From contig CM121342.1 in the NCBI GenBank assembly GCA_051530055.1, forward strand, positions 12,539,480-12,603,479: a DNA stretch of 64,000 bases, read 5' to 3'. The notes beneath the pieces were generated by a model. It made no database searches. It was not told the origin of the DNA and saw only the letters and a program-made list of their open reading frames with translations. Both the position numbers and the translations under genes were made by a program. Of this stretch, positions 12,701 to 25,100 are shown piece after piece. Source of the DNA: Neoechinorhynchus agilis. Its lineage: Eukaryota > Animalia > Acanthocephala. Position 1 is the stretch's first letter; each line of letters starts with the position of its first letter.

Positions 12701-15700
12701 TCGTCTAGTCTCTCCCGTATTCGTCATCGATTCTCTATCTCGTATTCGTTGTCTACTCTCTCTCGTGTTCGCCGTCTACATTCTCCATTATTATTCGTTT
12801 ACTCTCTCGTATTCATCGTACACTCTCTGGTAAACGTCGTCTACTGACTCTCTTTCGTATCCGTCGTCCACTCTCTATTTCGTATTCGTCGTATACTCTC
12901 TGTAATATTCGTCGTATACTCTCTCTTTTGTGTTCGTCATATACTCTCGTTTGTATTCGTCGTCCACTCTCTATTTCGTATTCGTCGTCTATTCCCTTTC
13001 TGTCTATCTTCTCCCTAGTTGTGGTCGTCTAATCTCTATTGTAGTCGTCGATTATTTTCTCTCGTATTCGCCGTCCACTCTCTTTCCTATTCATCGTCAA
13101 CTCTCTCTCTTAATCGTAATTTACTCTCTCCCTCGTCATCGTCGTCTAATCTCTCTATCTTGTATCCGTCGTCTACTCTCGTATTCGTCCTCCACTCTCT
13201 ATTTCGTATACGTCGTCGATTCTCTATCCCGTAATCGTCTTCTCCGTCTTTCGTATTCCACTCTCTGGCACACGTCGTCTTCCCTCGCTTTCGTAATCGT
13301 CGTCTACTTTCTCTCGTAACCAACGTTTACTCTCTATCGTGGTAGTCTATCCTCTTTCTAGTTGTGGTCGTCTATTCTCTCTATCGTATTCGTCGTCTAC
13401 TTTCTCTCGTATCTGTCGCCTAGTCTCTCTCCTATACGTCGTCTTCTCTCTCCTTATCGTATTCGTCGTCTACTTTCTCTCGTATTCGTCGGGTACACAC
13501 TCCTTCGTATTCGTCGTCTTCTCTCTCGTATTCGTCGTCGAATGTTTGTCTCTAGTGTTCGTCGTCGAATCTCTGTCTCTAGTGTTCGCCGTCGAATCTC
13601 TGTCCTTCGTATTCGTCGTCTAATCTCTCTTTCGTAATCGTCCTCTTTTCACTCTCTTGTATTCGTCGCCTACTCTCTCTCCTGGCCGTCGTCTACTCTT
13701 TTTCGTATGCGTCGTCTACTTTCTATCGTAATCGTTGTTTGCTCGCTTTTTCGTATTCGTCGTTTACTCTCGCTCGTAATCGTCGTCCACATTCTCTCTC
13801 ATTCGTCGTCTAATATCTCCATCCCGTATTCGTCGCCTACTGTCTCCCGTATTGGTCGTCTCCTATTCTTCCTCTACTATCTCGTATTCTTGGTGAACTG
13901 TCTATTTCGTATTCGTCGTCTATTCTCTCTCTTAAACGTCGTCTACTCCGCATTTCATATTCGTTGTCCACTTTCTCTTTCGTATTCCTCCTCCACGTTC
14001 TTTCGTATTCGTCGTCTACTCTCTCGCACTCATATTCGTCGTCCACTTTCTCTCGTATTCGTCGTCTACTCTCTCTCAAATTCGTCGTCCACTTTTTCTC
14101 ATGTTCGCGTCTACTCTCTCTCGTATATGTCTTCCACTTTCACTCCTTTTCGTGGTCTACTCTCTCGTATTCGTCGTCTACTCTCTCCCTCGTATTCGTC
14201 GTCTACTCTCTCCCTCGTATTCGTCGTTTGCTCTCTCACTCGCATTCGTCGTCTGCTTTTACTTTCGTACTCGTCTTCTACTCTTTCTTTCATATTCGTC
14301 GTCTTATCTCTCACTTATTCTGTCTCTCATATTCGTCATCTACTCTCTCTCATATTCGTCGTCTACTCTCTCGTATATGTCGTTCACTTTCTCTCCTATT
14401 CGTGGTCTACTCTCTCCTCGTCTTCGTCTTCGTCGTGTACTCTCTCATTCGTATTCGTCGTCGAATCTCTCGTGTATTCTGTCTCTCGTATTCGTCGTCT
14501 ACTTCCTCTCGTATTCGTCGTCGAATCTCTCGCGTATTCTGTCTCTCGTATTCGTCGTCTACTTTCTCTCGTATTCGTCGTCTACTCTGTCGTATTGGTC
14601 ATCAACTCTCTTTTTCGTGTTGGTCGTCTACGTTCTTTCGTAATCGCCGTTTGCTCTCTCGTCGTAGTCTATCCTCTTTCTTGTTGCGGTCGTCTATTTT
14701 CTCTCGTATTTTTCGTCGAATTTCTCTCTCGTATACGTGGTCTGCTCTCTCTCGTACTCCCCGTTGACTCTATCTCATATTCGTCGTCTACTTTCTCCTG
14801 TATACGTCGCCTAATTTCTCTCGTGTTCGTCTGCTCTTTCGCGTATTCGTCGTCCACACTCTCTCTTGTATTGGCGGCTTACTCTCTCTCGTATTCGTCG
14901 TCTACTGTCTCAATTATTCGTCGTACATTTTCGCTTTTGTATTCGTGGTCTACTCTTTCGACTATTCATCGTACACTTTCTCTTTCGTACTCGTCTTCTA
15001 CTCTTTCTTTCATATTCGTCATTTAATCTCTCGCGTATTCTGTCTCTCGTATTCGTCGTCTACTCTCTTTCGTATTCGTCGTCCACACTCTCTTTTGTAT
15101 TGGTGGCATACTCCCTCGTATTCGTCGTCTACTGTCTCAATTATTCGTCGTGCACTTTCTCTTTCGTATTCGTGATCTACTATCTCGACTATTCGTCGTG
15201 CACTTTCTCTTTCGTATTCGTCGTCTACTCTCTCCCTCGTATTCGTCTTCGTCATGTACTCTCTCATTCGTATTCGTTGTCTAACTCTCTTTCGTACTCG
15301 TCTTCTACTCTTTCCTTCATATTCGTCGTCTAATCTCTCGTGTATTCTGTCTCTCGAATTCGTCGTCTACTTTCTCTCGCCTTCGTCGTCTTATCTCTCT
15401 TTCATATTCGTCGTCTACTCTCTCTCTCACATTCGTCGTCTACTTTCTCTCGTATATGTCGTTCACTTTCTCTCCTATTCGTGGTCTACTCTCTCCTCGT
15501 CTTCGTCTTCGTCGTGTACTCTCTCATTCGTATTCGTCGTCGAATCTCTCGCGTATTCTGTCTCTCGTATTCGTCGTCTACTCTGTCGTATTGGTCATCA
15601 ACTCTCTTTTTCGTGTTGGTCGTCTACGTTCTTTCGTAATCGCCGTTTGCTCTCTCGTCGTAGTCTATCCTCTCTCTCTCGTATTCGTCGTCTACTTTCT

Positions 15701-16140
15701 CTCGTATCCATCGCAACTCTCTCTCGATTTCGTCGTGTACTCCCCTACGTATTCGTCATCAACTTTCTTTCCTATAAATCGTCCACCTGCACTCGTATTC
15801 GTCGTCTACTCTCTAATATTCGCCGTCTACTCTCTCGTATACGTCGTATGCTCTCTCTTTCGTTTTCGTCGTCTACCCTCTCGTATTCGTCGTCCGCTCT
15901 CTATTTCGCATTCGTCGTCTATTCTCTATCTCGTAATCTTCGTCCACTCTCTCGTATGCGTCGTCTACTCTCCCTCTTTTGCATTCGTGGTCTACTCTCT
16001 TTCGTGTTCTTCGCCCACCCCCTCTCATATTCGTCGTTTTACTACTTTCGTAATCGTCGTTTACTTTCTCTCTTATTCGTCGCCTACTCTCTCTCGTATT
16101 AGTCGTCTACTCTCTCTCTCTCTCGTTGTTGTCGTCTACT
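9740..16140. repeat. ~6.4 kb degenerate C/T-rich minisatellite, unit ~TATTCGTCGTCTACT(CT)nCG (21-25 bp)
   Basis: Hundreds of recognisable units with extreme strand asymmetry and internal block duplications. Confidence 0.95.
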
Positions 16141-16721
16141 TTCACGGACCAATGTCCGCTGACGAGATATTCCCCATCGTTTACGTAATGCAATCCAAAA
16201 TGTAAAATTGCATTTTTTAAACAAATCTGAACCGGTGCGTTTATAACGACCGATAGATATTTTGATATTAATGTTAATAAGATAGTTGCCGAATATTCCA
16301 TTTTAGGTTTTACTTTGCCATGACGACGATCTTTCATTACTTGGCATTAGTTTTGATGATGCATTTATGATGTTTTCCGAAGTGGGCAATCGAATTTGCT
16401 GGATATTCCGCAAAATCGACTAATGTCATGCAATCGGACAGGACTGACTGTCGCAATTGGCTATTAACATTCAATGCTCGCGATTGATTGTAGTCATTTA
16501 ATGAGTTTGGGCAAGTTCTGACATTTGTGGGAAATTGAGCTTGCGTTCTATTCGATCGTACAATCGGTGGATTATTGCGAAAAATTAGGTTGGACAATAT
16601 TTGAGGCTGTTAGACCTTAACGGAACTCCTTATCCAAAAAAATTTTCCATATTACTTGCATGTTCAAATTTGGAGACATTGCAAACGGTGATGTTGGCCC
16701 TCTATCATTCTATACGGCAAT

Positions 16722-18907
16722 TTAGCCATCATATGAACATGTGGCGATCAGGTGATGATCCGCATCCATCGAAGTGATTTTGCCAGTGTGATCGTTATGA
16801 AAATGGTTGATTCGTATTTGCAAAGGTAGATCCCAGACTGAGAGAGATGCGTCGTCGGACACGCTTGCGAGACGATTTTCTTCAAGAAATTTTACCCCTG
16901 ATATACAATTATTATGACCGTAAAATGAGTTATTAATTGAAGACGTGATTGAATCGATAACCGTCACGAAACCGGTTTTCGTACCAATCGCCACCATTCC
17001 CGTTCCGGCAAACGCGTCCACACAAACGGCGCAATTTTCAGCTGACCGATAAATCACAGTCCTTGGTGTAGTTGCATTAATCGGCCTCAATGCAGAAGCC
17101 AGATTCTTCTTTGCAGCAAGCTGTGTAGCTTCTATTAATAAGTGTGTGTTGGAGTCTTGTAGCATCATTTCAAGGCAACAATTCGGATTTGTTTCCAAAA
17201 TGAATCGATTGTTGCGAATAAAAGTAAACATGTCGTAAAACCTCTTGTCCTTTTCAAGTGATGAAGAAGTTTGCAACAGTTCAATATAGTCTTTAAGAAG
17301 TTCATCAATACTACCCAGTGCACATCTTGCCTCGAGGTAAGAAACATCGGTTAAAAGTTTCTCTGCGTACATTGGACAATCAGATCGAATTGCATGAGAA
17401 ATTAGTTTTATCATCATTTGAGGACAGGGCGAATGCCTAGAGTGGTTTCCGAACGGATCACAGTGCGATTCGTAATACACTGCTATGAGTTTGTGCGAGT
17501 GCTGAGTGTACTTTGTAAATGGTGTTGCTTTTCGAAGACATTCAACCACACTATCCTTGATTTCTTTATGAGCAAACGAAATGATGCCACCATCATGCTC
17601 GTTACTTGGGGTTAGATATCCATTCAGAAAATCTCGTAGGGCGAAGAATTTCGATTGAATTAGCGGTGGCACATTTAAAGGGTTGCCGCTACCTAAGCTG
17701 CAAATAATATTTTCGATCGATATTTTGTTTAAATCAAATTGGGAATCCAAATAAAGAAGATTAAGTAGATCGATTTCATTGATTCCATCGTTCACACAAA
17801 GCAGAAGAGAAAGCAATCGATATACATTCAATGTACGTTCGTATTTCTTTAGTCGATCTAGAGATGTTGAAACCATTCGAGGAAAAGAACCCGGTAGTTT
17901 AGAAACGTTCAATGATAGGATTTCAAAATCGGTCGTTAGCTTGCGAATTTCTTCACAGGCAAATTGTACGTACAGAGGAAATTTTGCGTGTTGTTTCGTT
18001 AGAAGCATTCTTAACTGATTATTCCGTGAACTTTCCTCAAGCGTCTTGCTGAACCGAGCAAAAGTACTGATAGCAATCTCCTTGCGTTCGGGATAATTTA
18101 AATCATCGAGTACAAAAGTAGACTGATTCATTTTAGACGAAATAACTATGTCTTTCATAAAATCATTACTTGTCAAAAGCAAGCTTGTATTCTAAAGAAC
18201 GGGAATATTTAGATTTAGTCTAAGGTCGGATAAAATTCGAGACCCGGCCATATAAAGCACTAATAAGTAAAATAATAAGTTTTTAAGGTACCTGCGTTTC
18301 TCGGCGAGCAGTAACGATTATAATATAACAAAACTTTAAAAGAAACTTACGTAATTCAAAGTTTTTTGAGATGAATGTTTTGTTGCATTTCATGGGACAT
18401 CTCATGAATAAATTTCTTTAGCATCGTATTAGCACTGCTGTGCCCACCGTCAGATAAATAGTAAAGACATGTCAGACCGTATTTCTGAGATTGTAATTCC
18501 TTGATAATCTGACACACAAATGTCGATCGCCCCGAACCTGGAGAACCTTCTTTAATCACTAATTGATTTCCACAACGAATTTTTAAGACTGCAATTGCGC
18601 TATTAAATATGCTCTTTCTTACAATTGGTCGTATTGCCATTTCTTCGAATTTCGATTTCATGTGTTCCATCTCAAGATTAATGTCATAACACAGGAAATC
18701 ATTGGTTCGTTCAACAGGGAGTCTTAGCTTCTCCAAACAATTCCAAACGTTATTAAATACCCGCTCTGCAAAGATTTCGAGGTTCCTAAGTTTCACAATA
18801 CCACCAGAGGTAAGCCCAGCGTAGCTACATGGATAATTCCGGTAAACTTCAAATCCTGATGAGACAATTTTCGACTTCAATTCGCAATTAACCACAATCG
18901 GAAACAC
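16722..18907 (-). CDS. TEP1-like NACHT-WD40 protein (core exons; possibly degenerate)
   Basis: Walker A-like GSPGSGRST, PLYVQFACEE, helical/winged-helix region and WD40 repeats (GHNNCISGVKF...SVSDDASLSVWD). A possible DUF4062-like STF...ER relic lies near 19780-19850. Gene ends are unclear. Confidence 0.65.
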
Positions 18908-18925
18908 TCAAAAAGAAGATAAACA

Positions 18926-19305
18926 TTGAACCTGCGGGGCATCAAGAAGAGAATCGCCCAACATAAGCAAACCAATGTCGATTTGAGCACTCCGCCGCAA
19001 TATACAATCACCAATATACTACAACATCGCGCAGATTTTAATTGCACGTATTTTGTGGCGAGAGGGCAAAACCTCAAAAGACGTTTTACACTTGAGACCT
19101 TAACTATATCTCCGCGCGCCCAACACCATGAAAGGTATTAAAACTTTAGTTTAAAACTACCGATCAGCGACGTGATTAACAACAATTAAAAACCCACACA
19201 ACTTAGGGCGCGGGAATCGGCGTACTCAAGCAATTCAATACAAAACAACTAAAATCTTTTTAGGTGGCTAATGAGGAGAGACTTTATCGCGAAATATCCC
19301 CATTC
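18926..19305 (+). mobile_element. Second Penelope-like 3' remnant (GIY-YIG C-terminus plus hammerhead relic), apparently inside a TEP1-like intron
   Basis: GIKKRIAQHKQ...HRADFNCTYF is homologous to 1828-2034. It is followed by CTAATGA...GAAATATC at 19268-19298. Confidence 0.65.
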
Positions 19306-19999
19306 AAAACATGTTTTATTCGGTGATCGGCTTATCTCCAATTCCACGATCCCGACAGATTCTCTCTTGATGATATTTTAACTACCTAAGACCTCCATCC
19401 TTTGCGGGAGTGTGAAAAATAAACTTGAATGTGAGATAATGGAAAATGCGAAGTTTGTTTAAATTCTTTTATATTCGTTCTTGCACTTTAAGCTAACACA
19501 TTTGAACATTTTCAACAATCATTCTTATCAAGATAGGTGAAATTGTAGGACTGATTCGTTAACTCCATAAATCCACGATGATACAATGGCGTTCCCAAGA
19601 ACTACGAAATTTTCTATTGCGAATTTAATTCTGTGACTTTATTGCGCTTATAATCACAGACGCAACAAAAAAATACGATTTTCAGCCTTTATTCATGAGA
19701 CGCTAGTGAAACTAGTGTTCAATGCTTAAAGATAACAATATGCATGTCTGAATTATTTTTGCCTTGATCTAAATACGGCAAGGATCACATTTTCGAGTAC
19801 TCTGATTCCTTTCCATCTCCATCGACATAAACGTAGAGTAATTTTTAATGTCTTTTACAGTTTTTTTTATTCAACAAAATTTTCTATCCACAAAACACTT
19901 AATTCACTCACCGCTGCACGGTGAGACTAATGTTTTGGCACAAAAATATTGGTTCGCGATAATCCTTTGTTATTATTGCTAATCGCAGACCTATTTCCT

Positions 20000-20880
20000 T
20001 GGTCAGCGCAGCGACCCGTAGGTTTTGAAGCCTAACGGAGCGAGGTAGCTGTATTTGGCAATTTTCCTTCGCTCCACAGCAGTGGCGACTTTGCCGGCGC
20101 CTTTCTTCGCAACCTAAAAGTTGCTCCTGGCCAATAACACATAAGATAGCTGCTGCGGCTCAAGGGGAAGACGGTCACTCCGCCCAGGCGTTTTTAATCG
20201 AGGCGTCCTAGATTGCTTGGCTCGAGGACGATGGAATTGTTAATGCGGGACAAAACTCTGCTGATTATGTCGTTGAGTGCCGAGTGTATCGGGAACCTCT
20301 CTGCCGAGCGCCTGCAACAGAGTCTATGCGTGCCAGCTTCGTCTACATGTGAGCCACAACGGCATTGGTGCGCGATGATGCAAATATTCAATCCGAACCT
20401 GAGGCAAAATGAGATGCGCAATTTCTCGTCATCTAGTAATGTTCCCAAGCGTTCATTGGGCAAAGCTTCGAGCCATGATCCCGATTCTTTGGTCGAATTA
20501 GCCATCAGTCGAATTCGAGACATCTCATCCATCAGGTCCATTAAAGAGTTGTAAACCTGATGAACGAGCGGTGAGTCCCAAGATTGCTGTTTGGCGCAGT
20601 TTCCTGGAGGATCATCCAATCCGATAGTGACGACCATTTCGATAGGGCCGCTTTGAGATGCCTTTCACTAACCTCATCGAAAACTTTTTCAAGCGTTCAT
20701 GACTCGCGCATATTGACGCAAGGAAGGAGGGTAAGGCAAGGTCACTCGTACGTCTAATGCCAGAACCAGCGAAAGATGCGGGCGAGGTTGTTTGCCTTCA
20801 TGATAATTCGCCGAAGCTCACATTTAGAATGTTTTCAAGTTTGTCGCGTACGAGGTTGTCGAGCTTAGCCAAGTCGCTCT
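20000..20880 (-). mobile_element. Degenerate CRE-like non-LTR retrotransposon C-terminus (zinc finger plus restriction-like endonuclease)
   Basis: SGSWLEALP...LR.SFCLRFGL...CRCG..VDEAGTH.LCC...HSALNDII.R.L...EP..L.RLD. Upstream is GIRRTSDLALPSFLAS; stops and frameshifts are present. Confidence 0.75.
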
Positions 20881-21142
20881 GATGGTTGTAGAATTAAAAA
20901 ACTGTGAAATTTTTTAAAGTCGACTACAAGCATTTAGCGTACTCCTAAACAACGAAATTTGGATTTTGTACCAGAATGTAGAACTTCTGAGACAGACACT
21001 CTACTTAGGCTGTGATGCGAAAATACTCACCTAAAAACTGATAATTCTTTCACGAAATTAATTGAGTGGCATTGCAAGAACAATTTGCCGCTTTTGAATT
21101 AAATCAAGAGTGAAAATTAAACAACCTTAGCGAAATATGCAT

Positions 21143-22005
21143 TTATATATACTTTAAAAATAATTCATAGGTCGCATTAACGGTGCCCCAACCAACCATG
21201 GCTCTTAGAAAGTTGACGGATGATCCTTTGAACAGCTGCCTTGAACCCCTCTTTAAATTGACTCGTTTTACTGCCTGTCTGCAGGACAAAAATGGTTCAC
21301 GTTTACCATAAACCCGTTGCATCTCGCATTTAACAAGGTAGATCGGAAATAGTGCAGTACTTATGGTCGCTCCAACAACTCCACCGCCGATAAAATTAGC
21401 AAGAGCTTCATTTCTTAGATTGAGTGCATCCCTAAACGGTATCCTAGAAGCAAAGAATAGGAAGTTTCCTAAAGAATTTTACGACATTCACGTTCCTTGA
21501 ACACCATTGAGAAACATGAACGATCGATACGGACGCATATAACCGAGAATCCGCGGTATAGCTCAAGGACACCGTGATTTCGAGTAACGTGCAGCGTAGC
21601 ATCGAATGAATGTTTGAACTGCGCTGTGAGTTTCGGATCTTGCATCAGGACCATCATTCTTTCAAACGGCGTCAAGATTGCTTCACTGCACCCGGCCATC
21701 GCCGAAGCCGTCGGTTTCCTTAGCCACGAATCCTTCCCAAACTCAAGTATACATTTTTGATCGTAAAAATGGTAGGAACCGAACATTACCGATCGACTAA
21801 TTGATTTATATATAATTGGAAACGCAGCACCACGCATCAATTGACCAAGACCATCGGCTCGTACGGATTTAAGGGCGTTCACTAGGTGCCCATTGGATAT
21901 ATGTTGGCGATACATGAGTTTGTTGATGGGATAAGTAAGGAAGACGCTTGTTAGTGAAGAGCAAAAACCAGCCATGCTTTCACGTGAAACGATCCGGTCA
22001 GACAT
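21143..22005 (-). CDS. SLC25A51: Mitochondrial carrier SLC25A51/MCART1-like; exons 22005-21529 and 21478-21143 (270 aa)
   Basis: Carrier motifs TYPINKLMYRQ, LTPFERMMVLMQ, FPIYLVKCEMQ and a C-terminus WGTVNATYELF typical of this subfamily. Confidence 0.8.
21479..21528 (-). other. Candidate non-canonical stem-closed intron (SLC25A51)
   Basis: 50 nt, AT...AA, with most of its length base-paired. The join gives VR-NSLGNFLFF. A GT-AG alternative deleting 4 aa exists. Confidence 0.55.
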
Positions 22006-22124
22006 TTGTCTCTGAGGAGAAAATGAGTATGCTCATGCGTTGAGACGGAGCAAATGGAAGAAGGGGCGCGCGTCGGAAAAACGGGAGAAACTAATGTAGG
22101 CGCTTGCGTGGTGGGTAAAAGATT

Positions 22125-25100
22125 CTAAAAAGGACACAGGGTTTTATTTGGATCGCATGAAATCTCTTCTGAATCAAAAAGCTGGTCGCTGTATTTATTG
22201 ACCATGAGCATAAGACGCTCTTCAATTGAGTGAATACTGCGCGCCCTACTTAGAAACTCCAATTGGTCGCGATCTCCTTTGGCGTCTTCCCTGGATTCAA
22301 GCAAGGATTTGAGAGGGCTGACTAACTCATAAGTGCCTCTTTGGTTACTTAGTCGAAGGAGGATCATGCCAATGAATAAAACACCTTCACTCAGATCATC
22401 CCTATAAGATTTCCGTCAGAACATCGCACCAAAGCTAAATTATTTTAAACTTACCATTCTATAGATTGAGATGACAACGCGTCGGCGGTTTTGGTAGTGA
22501 AGCGGGAGCAGCAGGCGGAAGAGCAAAGGGCAAACAGAAGAGAAGAGTAAAGATGAGGGAATTTGATAGATTGTTGGTCTCCATGGAAAACCGGATCTTT
22601 CAGGTTACCTCAACAATCCTCAATAAATTTACATTATAGTTCAGGTTATGACAAAAAGAAAAATCTTTATTTTCGAGTTTCCGTCGTCTTCTTCAGGAAT
22701 CTACAAAAGTGCGTGGAGATGTGAAGAGTGTGCGTTAAAGTAGCAACATTGAAGTGTAGAAAGCTCGTCCAGTTTCTTGAGCAGTTCTGGAGCTACGCAT
22801 TGTCTGCAATGCTCAACAAGAGGCACGAGCTTTCCACACTTCGATGTCGCTACTTTAACACTTCAAAATTCCAAGCCGAATAAAGATTTTCTTTTTGTCA
22901 GTTCATTTTCGGAAATAAAACTTGATCAATCATTCGGTCGGAAAATCAAGTAATATTTCACAAGATAACAAAATAATCGTCAAGGAAAGACCATATTTAG
23001 TACCCTAGTTGTTTGCCATGAAGCGTCGATTAAAGTGAATGAGTTAACATAGTTAAATTTCACAAAATCCCATGCGCATTTCCTTTTAAATCGAGGTGGC
23101 GCCACTTCATGAAAAAATGCTGTTTTTCAAAGCATACGGAAGAAGAAATGTCAAGAGTACGTAAAACGAGTTTCAAAAATGAAAGTCGTAGCCAATAAGC
23201 TCTATTGAATTCAAAGAAAATCGAAGCTCAACTTGCAGCGACAAAGGGTTTTCTTAAAAGCCTTCCAAGTGCCACGAGCCAATGAGGATTATTGCATGTG
23301 GATTTGAGTTGCTTAAAAGCGTATGTCACGAATGAGAGTCCCTGACAAAGCCGTTGTTCTGACATAAGTTCAATTTCGCTTTCCTTTGTTGCAGTCGATG
23401 TTTAGATTTCTATAGAAAAAGGCATACCTCTGGATTGCCCTTGGAATATATCGATTGTCGCCTATAGTTCTTGGCCCGATCGATTTGAATCAAATCCCAT
23501 ACTTCGTTCCCATACTGAAATTAGAATGTATTAAATAGTTTGGGTAGACTTGCTCGCTCACACTTACCAGCGCGTTCTCTAGACAAATAAGAAGGAATAT
23601 AATATTTCCAGTTTGACGAAACGTATTTAAAATGTCTCCCAGTTCATGTAGACGCAAGAGGGATTTAAAGCTCGAGCAGTACTGGCTGAAAAGCTCTACA
23701 ACAATACAAAATTGTGTTTTAGATGTGTTTAAAAAAATCATCCCGCTTTAACAGATTGAAAACACTTTCTAACCTGTCTGAGACACTTGTACTCTACTTT
23801 GATCCTGAGTTTTGAAACCGCTTGGATATACTGCCCGTAAAGTCCGAATGGCGTTCATAATGGTTGTATTCATCTAAAGGATGCTTCAGAAAGTAATCAA
23901 AACAAGATGTCTTACATTTCGGATGAGGTTCGCTTGTAGTACGCGGCATCCCGCATACACCCCGGCATATCCAGTAAGCCGACAAAAACATTTAAAATGT
24001 TCAATACAAACATAGTTTCTGTTTTCTTCTATAAGAGCTTTAAAGGCACAGGCGAGTTCATGGCTTCCCCATATGAACGGTTCAGGTAATGAATTTTGAT
24101 CGTGCGCATTATAATCGTAGTTTTTGTTATGCGTTAGAATCCGCGAAGTAGTCAGTCGATCGAGATGTAAAAACTGCCCTGGGCAATGATTCGAGGAATC
24201 GAATCTGTAGTTTGGGACAATGTCGTTCTTGAAGCAATTGATAGCGTGATCAGTTATTCGACCAAATTCTGCATTGTGTGTGTTAATGTCAGAACAAACT
24301 TCACTGAGTAGTGAATTAAAGTCGTGAAGACATTCGACGTGTGTGGACATAAGTTCATGGCATTTTTTGTTCAAATCGATCAGACGCGAGAATTCCTTTT
24401 TCGAAGAGGTATTTATCGAGATATTTACACAAATCAAGATTTTTACCAATATATGCGAAAAACTTTTACGTTCAAATAAGCTAACAGCAGTGGAAAGAGA
24501 TTTTTTGAATGATGAATGGATGCAGTCTATGACCAAGCTGCAAACGTCAACATTTCGTCCAAGAATCTGCGCAGGAAAGGTGATGATGCGATAATTAAAA
24601 ATGAAAAAGATAAACCTTTAAATCTCTTATGTTGAATATATGCTCAACTTTAACGCTGCTACCATCGGGCTCGATAAATGTGACATTATGAGAAGCGAGT
24701 TCGTTTTGGTGTCGTTTTCCAAGGAGAGCACTAAATGCGTTTACGGTGATAAGTACAAAAAGGAAAATATTAACCAGCCAGCGGATCGTTTGTAATAGGA
24801 GAATATTTTAATTGACAATCGTTCTATTAATTGTACGAGAGCGTTCTCCACTTCTGCTTCAATTTCGTCGAACAAATACTGCCGACGAATGCCATATATA
24901 GCCTCGTTCGCAGCATCATTGTAGAGGTCGAGCAACACCAGTGGAGTTCTTAAGAAAACCGAGAATAAAGCGCGAACTATTGAGGTTTGTGAATTTAAAA
25001 TTCTGTGGATAACAAGATAAACAAATGGCTGCCTAATCTGTTTTTAATATAAAAACGGTCAGCATTCCGTCTCTAAATATAACTGTTGACATACTCGATT

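Noticed and set aside
9945-16205. Dozens of long S/R/L/V-rich plus-strand ORFs and ERVDDEY-repeat minus-strand ORFs
   Set aside because: By-products of an A-poor satellite. Unit lengths of 21, 23 and 25 bp break any consistent frame.
18285-18300. AG|GT motif inside a TEP1-like intron suggesting recursive splicing
   Set aside because: The intron is only ~150 nt and the motif is expected by chance.
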